Shown here one piece after another: positions 1 to 9,756 of a stretch of 64,000 bases of DNA. This stretch comes from Chthonomonadales bacterium (lineage in GTDB: Bacteria > Armatimonadota > Chthonomonadetes > Chthonomonadales > CAJBBX01): contig JBMFSQ010000004.1 of the NCBI GenBank assembly GCA_049967475.1, positions 102,025 to 166,024 on the forward strand, written 5' to 3'. The translations under genes and the position numbers were made by a program. Under the pieces are notes generated by a model that did no database searches, was not told where the DNA came from, and saw only the letters and a list, made by a program, of their open reading frames with translations. Positions within the stretch are counted from its first letter, which is position 1; every line of letters starts with the position of its first letter.

Positions 1-577
1 ACCCCGGGGTGGATCCCGGTTTTACCAGCGGGATGCCGGCGCGGCAGAGTGGGCAAGCCTCCGGGCGGTATGTGGGCATCGAAAGGGTTAGGAGGGCTTC
101 CACACGTGCCCCGAGGTCTACCGAGCCTCCGCTGCGGTCGGCGAGGATCCCGACACCGACCACAACGGCGCCGGCTTCCCTCGCGAGGTGGATGCATTCC
201 CTGACGGCGCCTCCCGTTGTGAGGACGTCGTCTACCACCAGGACACGGGTGGATGCTGGGAGGGTTTGACCTCTGCGCAAGACGCGTGCTTCGCCGGCGC
301 GTTCCGCATACCGTGCCTCCACGCCAAGAATGCGGGCAATCGTATAAGCGAGGATGATGCCGGCTGTCGTGGGACCCAGCACGATCTGCACTCCGGCGTT
401 CGCGTAGCGGCTTGCAAGAGTCTTGCAGAGGGGCTCCAACAGGCGCGGATTCTCTACGAGGCGAAACTTTTCGAGGTACTGATCACTGTGGAGCCCTGAG
501 GAGAGTTGGAAATGGCCCTCGAGCAAGGCTCCGGAAGACACGAAAGCCTGGAATATTTGGGAATGGGTGAGCGGCAT
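1..577 (-). CDS. pyrE: Orotate phosphoribosyltransferase (3' end runs off the window)
   Basis: Missing from the ORF track because it is truncated. Manual translation from ATG 577 gives MPLTHSQIF...ALLEGHFQLSSGLHSDQYLEK...RVLVVDDVLTTGGAV (PRPP-binding loop)...CPLCRAGIPLVKPGS. Confidence 0.93.
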   Translation of the reverse strand, partial: MPLTHSQIFQAFVSSGALLEGHFQLSSGLHSDQYLEKFRLVENPRLLEPLCKTLASRYANAGVQIVLGPTTAGIILAYTIARILGVEARYAERAGEARVLRRGQTLPASTRVLVVDDVLTTGGAVRECIHLAREAGAVVVGVGILADRSGGSVDLGARVEALLTLSMPTYRPEACPLCRAGIPLVKPGSTPG

Positions 578-765
578 GGGCGGATTGTCCTCCTGGGGAT
601 CATTGTACCGTGCGGACCCGGGAGGCAGGAATCGGCGGAGCACACAGTGAAAAAAGACACAGTCCCCGGAACGGGGCAAGCGTACTCGAGAACTGCGGTG
701 CCCCCCGGCTGAGGGAGGCGAACCCGCGGCAATTAGGGGACGCCACGGAAAGGAGCTTGGCAGGT

Positions 766-1155
766 ATGGGAACGATGAGGTCAGCGCTATGCGCATGGGC
801 GATCTGCGGTGTGGCGACGCTGGCATTGGTGGGGCTGTCCTTTGCGGCCCCGGGCAAGCCCAAGCCCAAGAAAGTTGCGAAGCCGGCGGCCTCGGCCTCG
901 ATTGCAACGGGCAAGAAGATCTTCGCCGGCAAGTGTGCGGGGTGCCACGCTGCGACTGCCAGTGAGGCCAAGAGCGGCAAGCCCGGCCCAGCGCTGACGC
1001 ATGTAGCAAAGTTTATGAAGCCGGCAGCCATGGAGGCGAAGATCCGCAATCCCAAGAAGAGCAACCCGAACTCCATCATGCCGGCCTTCGGTCCGCAGCA
1101 GATATCCGCACAGGACATGAAGGCGCTGATCGCCTATCTCTCCACTCTCAAGTAG
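766..1155 (+). CDS. Exported class I monoheme cytochrome c, Lys-rich
   Basis: Signal-like N-terminus, CAGCH heme motif, GPAL, distal Met in SIMPAF; AGGAG RBS at 751-755. Confidence 0.88.
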   Translation: MGTMRSALCAWAICGVATLALVGLSFAAPGKPKPKKVAKPAASASIATGKKIFAGKCAGCHAATASEAKSGKPGPALTHVAKFMKPAAMEAKIRNPKKSNPNSIMPAFGPQQISAQDMKALIAYLSTLK

Positions 1156-1177
1156 CTGCTTGGAGAATTCGGCGAAC

Positions 1178-1206
1178 ACGGGCGGCCACCTTCGGCCGCC
1201 CGTTTG
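1178..1206 (+). terminator. Hairpin after the cytochrome c gene
   Basis: ACGGGCGGCC-accttc-GGCCGCCCGT followed by a short T run. Confidence 0.55.
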
Positions 1207-1249
1207 CCGTCGGAACCCCCTGTTCCCCGTCAACAACGTGGGCTGGGGT

Positions 1250-2098
1250 ATGATACGGATGGTTCCAGTTGCCATCAGGAGGCAGCCGGTGGCGCGCCAG
1301 TCCCTTAGTGCAGTCATCCCCGTGTACAATGTTGAGCCCATCATCGGACGCTGTTTGGATGCGCTCCGGTGGGCGGATGAGGTTGTCGTCGTGGATATGT
1401 ACTCCACCGACCGCACTGAAGAGATCTGCCGTTCCTATCCGAATGTAGTGTTCGTGCAGCGCCGCGATTACATCTTCGGCAACTTCAACTACGGCGCGAG
1501 CATTGCGAAAGGGGACTGGATCCTCAAGATAGACAGTGACGAAATCGTTACGCCGGAATTGGCAGAAGAGATCCAGCGCAATGTACTGGAGCGGGGTGAG
1601 GATCTGAAAGAGAGTGGGTTCTTCATCCCCAGCCGCGTGTACTTCTTCGGCAGGCGCATTCGTTACGGAGTGGCTCTCGACCCTGCCACCGGAGGCCCTC
1701 CCTACGCACCCAAACTCTTCCGGCGAGGCACTGCGCACCACGAATGCCGCAGCGAACACGAGCCGCTCACCACTACGGGGCACTACGGCTATCTGAAGAA
1801 CTTCTACGACCACTATTCCCATCCGACAGTGTCTGGATGGATCTCGAAAATGAACTATTACACCGACCGCGATGTAGAGCGGATGGACGTAACCGATCCC
1901 AATTTCCGCCTGCCGCGGCCGGGGCGCACGCTGGCGGCCTTGGCCAAGATCTTTTTCGACTACTATGTGCGCCGTAAAGGCTATCGGGACGGCATCCACG
2001 GGTTCATGGTATGTGCTCTCAATACCTTTTACCTGCTGGTACTTCGCTGCAAGATTTGGGAGAAGCATTATCATGCAACGCATCCGGGCGAGGGATAG
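1250..2098 (+). CDS. GT2 glycosyltransferase (WaaE/beta-1,4-glucosyltransferase-like)
   Basis: LSAVIPVYN, VVVDMYSTDRT, WILKIDSDE motifs; start uncertain (1250-1288). Confidence 0.85.
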   Translation: MIRMVPVAIRRQPVARQSLSAVIPVYNVEPIIGRCLDALRWADEVVVVDMYSTDRTEEICRSYPNVVFVQRRDYIFGNFNYGASIAKGDWILKIDSDEIVTPELAEEIQRNVLERGEDLKESGFFIPSRVYFFGRRIRYGVALDPATGGPPYAPKLFRRGTAHHECRSEHEPLTTTGHYGYLKNFYDHYSHPTVSGWISKMNYYTDRDVERMDVTDPNFRLPRPGRTLAALAKIFFDYYVRRKGYRDGIHGFMVCALNTFYLLVLRCKIWEKHYHATHPGEG

Positions 2099-3043
2099 GT
2101 GAGCCCAACGCAGGAAGGATGCCTTAGGGTGGAACTGGGGTCGGCCAGGAGCGGGAACGTGGATCTCTCCGTTATCATCGTAAACTGGAACGTGAAGGAC
2201 TTTTTGGATCGCTGCCTTGCTTCTCTCTACCAAAACGTTTGCGGGCTCGCGTTCGAGATCATTGTTGTGGACAACGCATCCCGAGATGGCAGCGTGGAGT
2301 TGGTGCGGAGCAAGTATCCGCAGGTTCGTTTGATAGCCAACGAGGGCAACGAAGGGTTCTGCCGCGCGAACAACCAGGGACTGGCAGTAGCGTCAGGGGA
2401 GTTCGTGGTGCTTCTCAACCCCGACACGGAGGTATATCCCGGGGCGATGGAAGCCTTGGTGGCCTTTCTGCGGGATCATCCGGATGTGGGCGTGGTGGGT
2501 CCGATGTTGCTTAGCCCAGGCGGGCTTCATATGCCGAACGGCACGCGATTTCCTACCCTCCGGAGAGAACTCATAGGCGTCCTCGGGTTGCAGAAGGTCA
2601 ATCAGCGCGCCTATGACTTGGAAGGGTACGGCCGGGAGGACTTCACCACCGTAGCTGAGGTGGACGTTGTGTGCGGGGCGTGCTTGATGACGCGGCGATC
2701 GGTATTTGAGCAGATAGGCGGTCTCGACGAAAGCCTGTTCATGTACTTTGAAGAGGTCGATTTTTGCCGGCGCGCCAAGATGGCGGGTTGGAAAGTCTAT
2801 TACGTTCCAGACGCGCGTGTGTATCACCACTGGATGCAGAGCGTGAAACAGGATAACATCGCTGCCACCCGGCGCCTGTTTCGGAGCCAGTTTCTGTATT
2901 TCCGCAAGCACCACGGCGCCGCGGCGGCATGGCTTCTGCGCGTTCTCAGCGCTGCTACCGTTACGCTGCGCACAGGCCGGATCTTGGGGGTACGCTTGCG
3001 CGACCGCATCCTTCAGCGTGGCGGGGCGGGCATCCGGCCATGA
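2099..3043 (+). CDS. GT2 glycosyltransferase (WbbL/RfbF-like)
   Basis: SVIIVNWN, VVDNASRDGS, LLNPD, GACL, FMYFEEVDFC. Confidence 0.9.
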   Translation: MSPTQEGCLRVELGSARSGNVDLSVIIVNWNVKDFLDRCLASLYQNVCGLAFEIIVVDNASRDGSVELVRSKYPQVRLIANEGNEGFCRANNQGLAVASGEFVVLLNPDTEVYPGAMEALVAFLRDHPDVGVVGPMLLSPGGLHMPNGTRFPTLRRELIGVLGLQKVNQRAYDLEGYGREDFTTVAEVDVVCGACLMTRRSVFEQIGGLDESLFMYFEEVDFCRRAKMAGWKVYYVPDARVYHHWMQSVKQDNIAATRRLFRSQFLYFRKHHGAAAAWLLRVLSAATVTLRTGRILGVRLRDRILQRGGAGIRP

Positions 3044-4251
3044 AGGTAGGGATGCTTACGACATGGCGCATCCGCTGCGGTATTGCCGCGTACACCGAAG
3101 CCCTTGTAGATGCGCTGACGAACCGGCTCGGCATCCAGGTAGAGGTGGTACCGATCACTCCAGGGTTGAGGTCGAAAGAGGAATACCTGGAACAGGCAGG
3201 CCGGTTGAACGCATGCGACGTGGTGCATATCCAGCACGAGTACAGCTTTTGGGGAGGTTTCGTGCCGGGCAAGAACCGCTTCTTCCAGGTTGCACGGCGT
3301 ATCCGGCGGCCGCGTGTCATAACGGCGCACACAACCTCGCCGCTGGAGCAGCTCATTGTACTCCCCGAGGTCCCTCCAAACGCCCGCGGAAAGGATCTGG
3401 CTCGAATTCTCTATCGCCGTCTAAGGATGAAGGCGGTTCTTCCTCTTCTCCGCCGCTTCCGGCCCTACCGCGAATGGATAGAAGCGGCGCCCTTTGCCTG
3501 GGCAGACCATGTCATCGTTCATACTCACATGGCTGCAGAGGAATTGGCCCGGCGGTCTATCCAACCAGGCCGTATTCACGTAATCCCTGCTGGGGTCCCG
3601 GAAGCCACGGTCATCGCCGATGGCGGGGTCGGATTTCGAAGGCGGTTTCAAATTCCAGACGGACGCGTGATCTCCGTGTTTGGATATGTTACGCCTTTCA
3701 AGGGGTACGAGCTAGTGCTTGAAGCTCTGCCGCATCTGCCGCAGGACGTCGTCTTCGTCATCGCGGGTGGCGCCCGGACAAGCAATGATGAGCCTTACGT
3801 GCGCAATCTGCAGCAACGGATCAAGGCAGGCGGATTGGAGCGGCGGGTGTTCGTGACCGGCTTTCTATCGGATGTGGAAGCATCAGGGGCGATGGCCGCG
3901 TCCGAAATTGTGTTACTCCCGCACACGGTAGCCACCGGTTCCTATTCCGTTACCCTGCCGCTCGCCCATGGTAAGGCTATGGTGGCTTCGGACCTGGCGT
4001 GCTTTGCTGAGCTTGCCCGGAGCGCAGGCTGTGTGGATTTGTTTCGCGCCGGAGACGCAGGGCACCTGGCTGAGCGCATCCGGGCGGTTCTCGAGGACGA
4101 CGCATACCGGATACGCCTTGCGGGGGCTGCTGCAGCCTATGCTGCGGATAACTCGTGGACCCGAGTTGCCGAGCGCACGCTCGAGGTGTATCGGGCCGCA
4201 GCCTGTCTGCATGATACGCACGGTCAGGCAGGATTGAGTGCGACTTCATGA
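3040..4251 (+). CDS. GT4 glycosyltransferase
   Basis: ATG overlaps the upstream stop; CGIAAYT, HIQHEY, FGYVTPFKG; GT-B C-terminal pattern. Confidence 0.85.
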   Translation: MKVGMLTTWRIRCGIAAYTEALVDALTNRLGIQVEVVPITPGLRSKEEYLEQAGRLNACDVVHIQHEYSFWGGFVPGKNRFFQVARRIRRPRVITAHTTSPLEQLIVLPEVPPNARGKDLARILYRRLRMKAVLPLLRRFRPYREWIEAAPFAWADHVIVHTHMAAEELARRSIQPGRIHVIPAGVPEATVIADGGVGFRRRFQIPDGRVISVFGYVTPFKGYELVLEALPHLPQDVVFVIAGGARTSNDEPYVRNLQQRIKAGGLERRVFVTGFLSDVEASGAMAASEIVLLPHTVATGSYSVTLPLAHGKAMVASDLACFAELARSAGCVDLFRAGDAGHLAERIRAVLEDDAYRIRLAGAAAAYAADNSWTRVAERTLEVYRAAACLHDTHGQAGLSATS

Positions 4252-4446
4252 CCCTGGCGGTTCGGGGGCGGAAGCGTTACACCGTGGCCGTGCCCTCCGG
4301 TGTGCCGGCCGACGAGACGGCGGAACCGGCATGGGGCAGCGTTCGGCGAAGGCAGTGAACGCTGTTGCTCCAGGCGCGGCTTTTGCCGCCAGTGCGCGGT
4401 TCTCAGATTGGGAACGGATGCTTGGCTGGGAATGAGGGAGGGGAAT

Positions 4447-4523
<77 letters not shown>

Positions 4524-4534
4524 CCGTCAGCACC

Positions 4535-4564
4535 ATTATACTGGTTGATTTGCAGACTTGTCAA
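4535..4564 (-). promoter_or_regulatory. sigma70 promoter of tRNA-fMet
   Basis: TTGACA-N18-TATAAT on the minus strand, about 11 nt upstream of the tRNA. Confidence 0.85.
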
Positions 4565-4589
4565 GCTACGATGATGCCGGTCCAGATCG

Positions 4590-4618
4590 TTGACACGGGT
4601 GAGCCCGCAGGCTATAAT
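4590..4618 (+). promoter_or_regulatory. Perfect sigma70 consensus promoter
   Basis: TTGACA (4590-4595)-N17-TATAAT (4613-4618). Confidence 0.88.
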
Positions 4619-4624
4619 GAAGTG

Positions 4625-4840
4625 CTACCCTCTGCGCTGAATGGAACCGCTCGGCAACACAGCGCGAATGCGTTCCAAGCCGTTTTGATTTCAACGCGAG
4701 GTCCCTTTTTGTGTGGATGCCGGGTTGATCGCCTGGCCGCTTGCACCAGGCGTTGATGCCGGCGATTTGGGCCGCCCCAAACGGGCGAATGCGGATGTAC
4801 GCCAACATGGCCGAAAACACATCTGTCTCTTCAGAGGTCC
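4625..4840 (+). ncRNA. Candidate structured RNA (6S-like rod, or regulatory leader of the NRAMP gene)
   Basis: Six nested complementary segments between the promoter and ATG 4845; see findings. Confidence 0.45.
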
Positions 4841-4844
4841 ACCG

Positions 4845-6125
4845 ATGCTTCGGCGGTTCCTGCGACGGCACGCTGCCGACAGCCGAATATGGATCCTGCT
4901 CGCAGTCATCGGGCCGGGCATCATCACGGCCAACGCGGATAATGACGCTACGGGCATCCTGGGCTATTCCCAGGCCGGAGCCCAGTACCAATATGCGCTT
5001 CTTTGGGTCTTGGTGGTGTCTGGATTGGCGCTGGGCGTCTGCCAGGAGATCAACGCCCGCATGGGTGCCGTCACCGGCAAGGGATTTGCCGACCTCATCC
5101 GCGAGAACTACGGCGTCCGCATTACCGTGTTCGCCATGGTTGCCCTTCTTGTGGCGAACTTCACTACAACCGTTGCTGAATTCGCCGGCATCCTGGCTGC
5201 CATCCAGGCCTTTACAGGTCCATCTGTTCGCTTCGTTGTGATCCCCGTTACCGCGGCCGCAGTGTGGTGGATGGTGGCCCGCGGATCCTACCAGCGCTTC
5301 GAACGCATCCTACTGGCGGCATCCCTCATCTACTTTAGTTATGTCATCAGCGCCTTTCTCGCCCATCCCCCGTGGGGTGAAGTTCTTCGACAGACCGTGT
5401 GGCCCGATCTTCGCCGCGTCTTTCCTCTTCGGGCGTACGTTTTCATGGTCATCAACGTCGTCGGCACTACGATTACACCTTGGGGACAGTTCTACATCCA
5501 ATCCAGCATACGCGATAAGGGCCTAACGCTCCGGGATTACTCTATCACGCGCCTGGAGGTTTACTTCAGTGCCTTCTGGACGCAGTTCGTTGGGTATTTC
5601 ATCATCGTGGCGTGCGGGACGACGCTGTACACAGCCGGCGTGCGCAACATCGAAGATGCCGGTCAGGCGGCCTTGGCGCTGGCCCCTTTGGCAGGAAAAC
5701 TTGCTTCACTGCTCTTCGCTATCGGGCTTTTCAACGCGTCCTGCTTTGGCGCCATCGTGGTTCCTCTTTCCACGGCGTATGCGGTTACCGAAGCGTTGGG
5801 ATGGGAGTCCGGGCTGGGCCGGCGCACTCGGGAGGCTCCCCTTTTTATCGGCACGTACACCGTCCTGATCTTGGCTGCTGCGCTCCTGGTGCTGCTCTTC
5901 CCGCGGCACCTGGCTTCCCTCATGATCTTGCCCAATATCGTTGGCGGCGTCCTGCTGCCCATCGTGCTCGTGCTTATGCTGCGCCTGGTGAACGATCGCC
6001 GCATCATGGGGGAATACACCAACAGTTGGCGTTTCAATGTGGTGGCATGGACAACCACTCTGCTGATGATCGTACTCTCCCTCACGTTGCTTTTCACAAG
6101 CCTCATACCCGGTTTGGCGGGGTGA
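4845..6125 (+). CDS. NRAMP-family divalent metal (Mn/Mg) transporter
   Basis: GPGIITANADNDATG (TM1 variant of DPGN), GTTITPW (TM6), about 11 hydrophobic segments, MGEYTNS C-terminus. Confidence 0.88.
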   Translation: MLRRFLRRHAADSRIWILLAVIGPGIITANADNDATGILGYSQAGAQYQYALLWVLVVSGLALGVCQEINARMGAVTGKGFADLIRENYGVRITVFAMVALLVANFTTTVAEFAGILAAIQAFTGPSVRFVVIPVTAAAVWWMVARGSYQRFERILLAASLIYFSYVISAFLAHPPWGEVLRQTVWPDLRRVFPLRAYVFMVINVVGTTITPWGQFYIQSSIRDKGLTLRDYSITRLEVYFSAFWTQFVGYFIIVACGTTLYTAGVRNIEDAGQAALALAPLAGKLASLLFAIGLFNASCFGAIVVPLSTAYAVTEALGWESGLGRRTREAPLFIGTYTVLILAAALLVLLFPRHLASLMILPNIVGGVLLPIVLVLMLRLVNDRRIMGEYTNSWRFNVVAWTTTLLMIVLSLTLLFTSLIPGLAG

Positions 6126-6159
6126 GAAGCCCGTGGGATCGAAGGTGTTCGAAGAGGGT

Positions 6160-6189
6160 TTGACAGCCCTTGTGGCCGTCCGCTACAAT
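6160..6189 (+). promoter_or_regulatory. sigma70 promoter of the ABC operon
   Basis: TTGACA-N18-TACAAT, 10 nt before ATG 6200. Confidence 0.7.
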
Positions 6190-6199
6190 CGTTGGAAAC

Positions 6200-7747
6200 A
6201 TGAATGCAATGGAACCCATCGTCCAGATGGCCAACATCTCAAAGACCTTCAGGACAGGAGTGAAGGCCAACGAGGACGTAACGCTCACAGTGTGGCCCGG
6301 CGCCATCCACGCCATCATCGGAGAGAACGGCGCAGGCAAATCCACCCTGATGGGCATCCTCTTCGGGCGCATCAAGCCGGATCGAGGCCGCATCCGCATC
6401 CGGGGGAGAGACGTGACCCTCAATAATCCTGGGGAAGCGATCCGGCTGGGACTTGGGATGGTAACCCAGCACACCACTATGATCCCAGCTCTGAGCGCCC
6501 TCGACAACGTCATCCTCGGATCGGAGCCTGTGTCCCGTGGATTGATAGATCGGACCTCTGCCCTGAAGCGGGTTCAGGAGCTTTGTGCCCGCCTCTCGGT
6601 ATCACTGGACTGGGATGCGCCTGCCGGCAGCCTGTCGGTGGCCGTTCTGCAGAAGGCAGAAATCGTCAAGGCCCTCTATCGTGGCGCCTCGATCCTAATC
6701 CTGGACGAGCCTACGGCTTTGCTCGCGCCGGAAGAAGCCGAGGCCCTCTTTCGCCTGATGCATGCCCTCGCAGGCGAGGGAACTACCATCCTGTTCGTAA
6801 CGCACAAGCTGAACGAGGTTATGGAGCACAGCACTCACGTTACAGTGCTCCGAGCCGGACACAATGTAGGTGACCGCCTCACGGCCGGCACGACGCCCGA
6901 GGAACTGTTGGCGCTCATGATGGGCGGCAGGTCTGGGATAGATCTTTCACGGCGCGAGGAGGCGCGCGCTCCAATGCGGGTTCCGCTGTCACCGCCGGTT
7001 CCGGTTCTGGAAGTGCAAGGCGTTACGGCCCGTACGGACCGCGGCGCCACGGCTCTTCACGATGTGACGCTGAGCGTGGCGCCGGGAGAAGTGCTGGGAG
7101 TAGCCGGAGTAGATGGGAGCGGGCAGCGCGAATTGGCTCAGGTGATTGTGGGCCTGCGGCGTTCGATAACCGGTGCCGTTCTTCTTGACGGAACCGACGT
7201 CACGCGCGAGCCGCCTTCCCGCCGTATGAAACGCGGACTGGCGTTCATTCCGGAAGATCGCAGCCGAGAGGGCATCATTGCCGACTTCTCAGTCGCCGAG
7301 AACCTGCTCCTGGGTCGCCAGCGTGAACCCCGCATGGGTGGCGGGACCATCCTGGACCTGGACGTCATCGCAGGCCGCGCCGCAGAGCTCATTCGTCGGC
7401 ATCGCATTCGCGGAGCCTCTCCCGACACGCCCCTTCGCGTACTTTCAGGAGGGAACCAGCAGAAGGTAGTCCTTGCTCGGGAGCTGGAAGCGCAACCTCG
7501 GGTCCTCGTGTGTATGCAGCCGACCCGCGGGCTCGACGTGGAGGCTACGCACCTTGTATACGAACTGATCCGCGGGGCCAAGGCGAGGGGCATGGCAACG
7601 ATACTCTTCTCGCTCGATTTGGATGAAGTACTGGAGCTGTCGGATCGTGTGGCTGTGCTGTACGATGGGCGGATCGCCGGCGTCCTCCCCATATGGGAAG
7701 CGCATCGGGACATGGTCGGACGACTGATGACGGCGGGACATTCATGA
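6200..7747 (+). CDS. ABC transporter ATP-binding protein, CUT2/nucleoside (YufO/NupA-like), two domains
   Basis: GENGAGKST, ILDEPT, FIPEDR, LSGGNQQK, QPTRGLDV. Confidence 0.92.
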   Translation: MNAMEPIVQMANISKTFRTGVKANEDVTLTVWPGAIHAIIGENGAGKSTLMGILFGRIKPDRGRIRIRGRDVTLNNPGEAIRLGLGMVTQHTTMIPALSALDNVILGSEPVSRGLIDRTSALKRVQELCARLSVSLDWDAPAGSLSVAVLQKAEIVKALYRGASILILDEPTALLAPEEAEALFRLMHALAGEGTTILFVTHKLNEVMEHSTHVTVLRAGHNVGDRLTAGTTPEELLALMMGGRSGIDLSRREEARAPMRVPLSPPVPVLEVQGVTARTDRGATALHDVTLSVAPGEVLGVAGVDGSGQRELAQVIVGLRRSITGAVLLDGTDVTREPPSRRMKRGLAFIPEDRSREGIIADFSVAENLLLGRQREPRMGGGTILDLDVIAGRAAELIRRHRIRGASPDTPLRVLSGGNQQKVVLARELEAQPRVLVCMQPTRGLDVEATHLVYELIRGAKARGMATILFSLDLDEVLELSDRVAVLYDGRIAGVLPIWEAHRDMVGRLMTAGHS

Positions 7748-8781
7748 GGCGAAGGTGGCCGGGGCTGGTCGGTGCAGCCGCAGCCGTGGCAGGGTCCCTT
7801 GCCGTCGCGGCTGCGGTGATCGCGATCACCGGCGGCGATCCGCTTGGGGCCTTCACGGCCATGGTATATGGGGCATTTGGGGACCAGAACGGTGTTCTGC
7901 GGACGCTGGCCAAGGCCACTCCACTCCTCTTTACAGGACTTGCTGTCGCTGTTGGCTTGCGGGCGGGTGTCTTCAACATCGGCGCTGAGGGGCAGTTGGT
8001 GGTGGGCGCACTTGCATCCGCATGGGTAGGATACGCGGTACCAGGGCTCCCCACCTTTGTGCATCTGCCCTTGGCCCTCATGGCAGGCGTTTTGGCTGGT
8101 GCCGCATGGGCGTTCGTCCCGGGCCTCCTCAAAGCATGGCGCGGCACACACGAGGTCATCGTCACCATCATGATGAATTACATCGCGTTCGAAGCGACAC
8201 ACTATCTCGTGAACGGCCCTCTGCGTGATCCCCACACAGGTGCCGTCGCTACCCCTCCGATCTTGCCCACAGCTCGGTTGCTGGCCCTCTCGGATCTGAC
8301 CCACACGCATCATGGCACCAACTTCTCCGTCGGATTTCTAATGGCGCTGGCAGCAGCGGCGGGTTACGGCTTCTTGATGCGGCGCACCGCCCTTGGGTAC
8401 GAGTTGAGGGCGGTAGGCTTGGGTCGAGACGCCGCCCGGGCAGCGGGCATCCCTGTGGGGCGCATCGTGGTGACAGCGATGGTTCTTTCGGGAGCACTGG
8501 CCGGCTTGGCAGGAAGCGTTGAAGTGCTGGGGGTGCATCGGCGGTTCTTCGACATGTTCTCGCCGGGATACGGCTTCGACAGCATCGCGGTGGCGCTGCT
8601 GGGAGCGCTCAATAGTCTTGGCATAACCCTCTCGGCAATCCTCTTTGGCGCCCTGAACAGCGGAGCCATTGCCATGGAGTCTGCAACCAACACGCCCCGG
8701 CAAATCGCAGGCATCATTCAGGCGGTGGTGATCCTCGCAGCGGCTGCCCGTTACCTGCACCAAAGGACGCACGCAGAATGA
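7744..8781 (+). CDS. Nucleoside-type ABC permease (YufP/NupB-like)
   Basis: FNIGAEGQ, HEVIVTIMMNY, GYGFDSIAVALLG. Confidence 0.9.
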   Translation: MRRRWPGLVGAAAAVAGSLAVAAAVIAITGGDPLGAFTAMVYGAFGDQNGVLRTLAKATPLLFTGLAVAVGLRAGVFNIGAEGQLVVGALASAWVGYAVPGLPTFVHLPLALMAGVLAGAAWAFVPGLLKAWRGTHEVIVTIMMNYIAFEATHYLVNGPLRDPHTGAVATPPILPTARLLALSDLTHTHHGTNFSVGFLMALAAAAGYGFLMRRTALGYELRAVGLGRDAARAAGIPVGRIVVTAMVLSGALAGLAGSVEVLGVHRRFFDMFSPGYGFDSIAVALLGALNSLGITLSAILFGALNSGAIAMESATNTPRQIAGIIQAVVILAAAARYLHQRTHAE

Positions 8782-8875
8782 CCAAGGAAATTGCCGAATG
8801 CGCCCATGGCCTGCCTCGGCGTGGATTTCACTCGCCGCCTGATGCTTCGACGCTCATCCACGGTGAAACGCTGCC

Positions 8876-9739
8876 ATGAACCTTGTGATAGCGATGGTTC
8901 CGGCCCTGCCCGCTATAGCTGCCGTCCTCCGGCAGTCTACTCCACTCATTCTGGCAGCACAAGGGGGCATCCTTTCGGAACGTGTGGGCGTGATCAATAT
9001 TGCCCTGGAGGGGATGATGACCATGGGCGCCTTCACGGGTATGTGGGCTGCCCAATCTTGGGGATCCTGGGCGGGGTTGGCGGCGGCTCTTGTGGCCGGC
9101 GGATCCATGGGCGTGTTGCACTTCGTTCTTACGCAGCGCTTTCGAATGGACCACGTGATCAGTGGAGTAGCGCTCAATATCCTCGCGGCTTCTGCTACTA
9201 CCTACCTCATGAGGTGCCTGTTCAGCGTAAGGGAAGCCAATGTGTCCCACCCGATTTCAGTAGGCTGGTTCATGCTGGCCGCATTCGTACTGCCGCCCGC
9301 TCTTCATCTGTTCATGACGCGCTCCCGCACAGGCCTGCGCATGCGGGCAGTAGGCGAAAGTCCGGAAGGGGCGCGGATGGCGGGCATCAACACGTACCGA
9401 ATGCGCGTCATCGGTGTCACCTTCTCAGGCATCGTTGCGGGAGGAGCGGGGGCGTACCTCTCAATGGCGCAGGTAGGGCGCTTCAGTGATGGAATGGTCA
9501 GCGGCCGCGGCTTCATTGCCCTGGCTGCCGTTATCTGTGGCCGTTGGCGCCCCGTGGAGGCAGCCGCAACGGCTCTGGTCTTCGGTGCTTTTGATTCCCT
9601 CCAATACCAACTTCAAGGCAACGTGCAACTGCCCGGCGAATTACTCCGCAGCCTGCCCTACATCGTTACCATCCTTGTAGCAATGCTGATACGCACCATG
9701 CCGCCTGCTGCGCTGGGCCGGAGTGAGCAAGAGGAATAG
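8876..9739 (+). CDS. Nucleoside-type ABC permease (YufQ/NupC-like)
   Basis: SERVGVINIALEG, GLRMRAVGE, GRGFIALAAVICGRW, LPYIVT. Confidence 0.9.
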   Translation: MNLVIAMVPALPAIAAVLRQSTPLILAAQGGILSERVGVINIALEGMMTMGAFTGMWAAQSWGSWAGLAAALVAGGSMGVLHFVLTQRFRMDHVISGVALNILAASATTYLMRCLFSVREANVSHPISVGWFMLAAFVLPPALHLFMTRSRTGLRMRAVGESPEGARMAGINTYRMRVIGVTFSGIVAGGAGAYLSMAQVGRFSDGMVSGRGFIALAAVICGRWRPVEAAATALVFGAFDSLQYQLQGNVQLPGELLRSLPYIVTILVAMLIRTMPPAALGRSEQEE

Positions 9740-9756
9740 GTTCCAGGAGGTGTGCC

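Noticed and set aside
9..732. Small ORFs listed at the start of the window
   Set aside because: They overlap pyrE on the minus strand (<1-577), which the ORF track missed because its stop lies outside the window.
686..755. Possible TPP or Moco riboswitch upstream of the cytochrome c gene (GGTGC...GCTGAG...AACCC...TAGGG)
   Set aside because: Only fragments match. The TPP P4/P5 core (CCTGAT...TAATGCC) is absent, and the downstream gene is not thiamine- or Moco-related.
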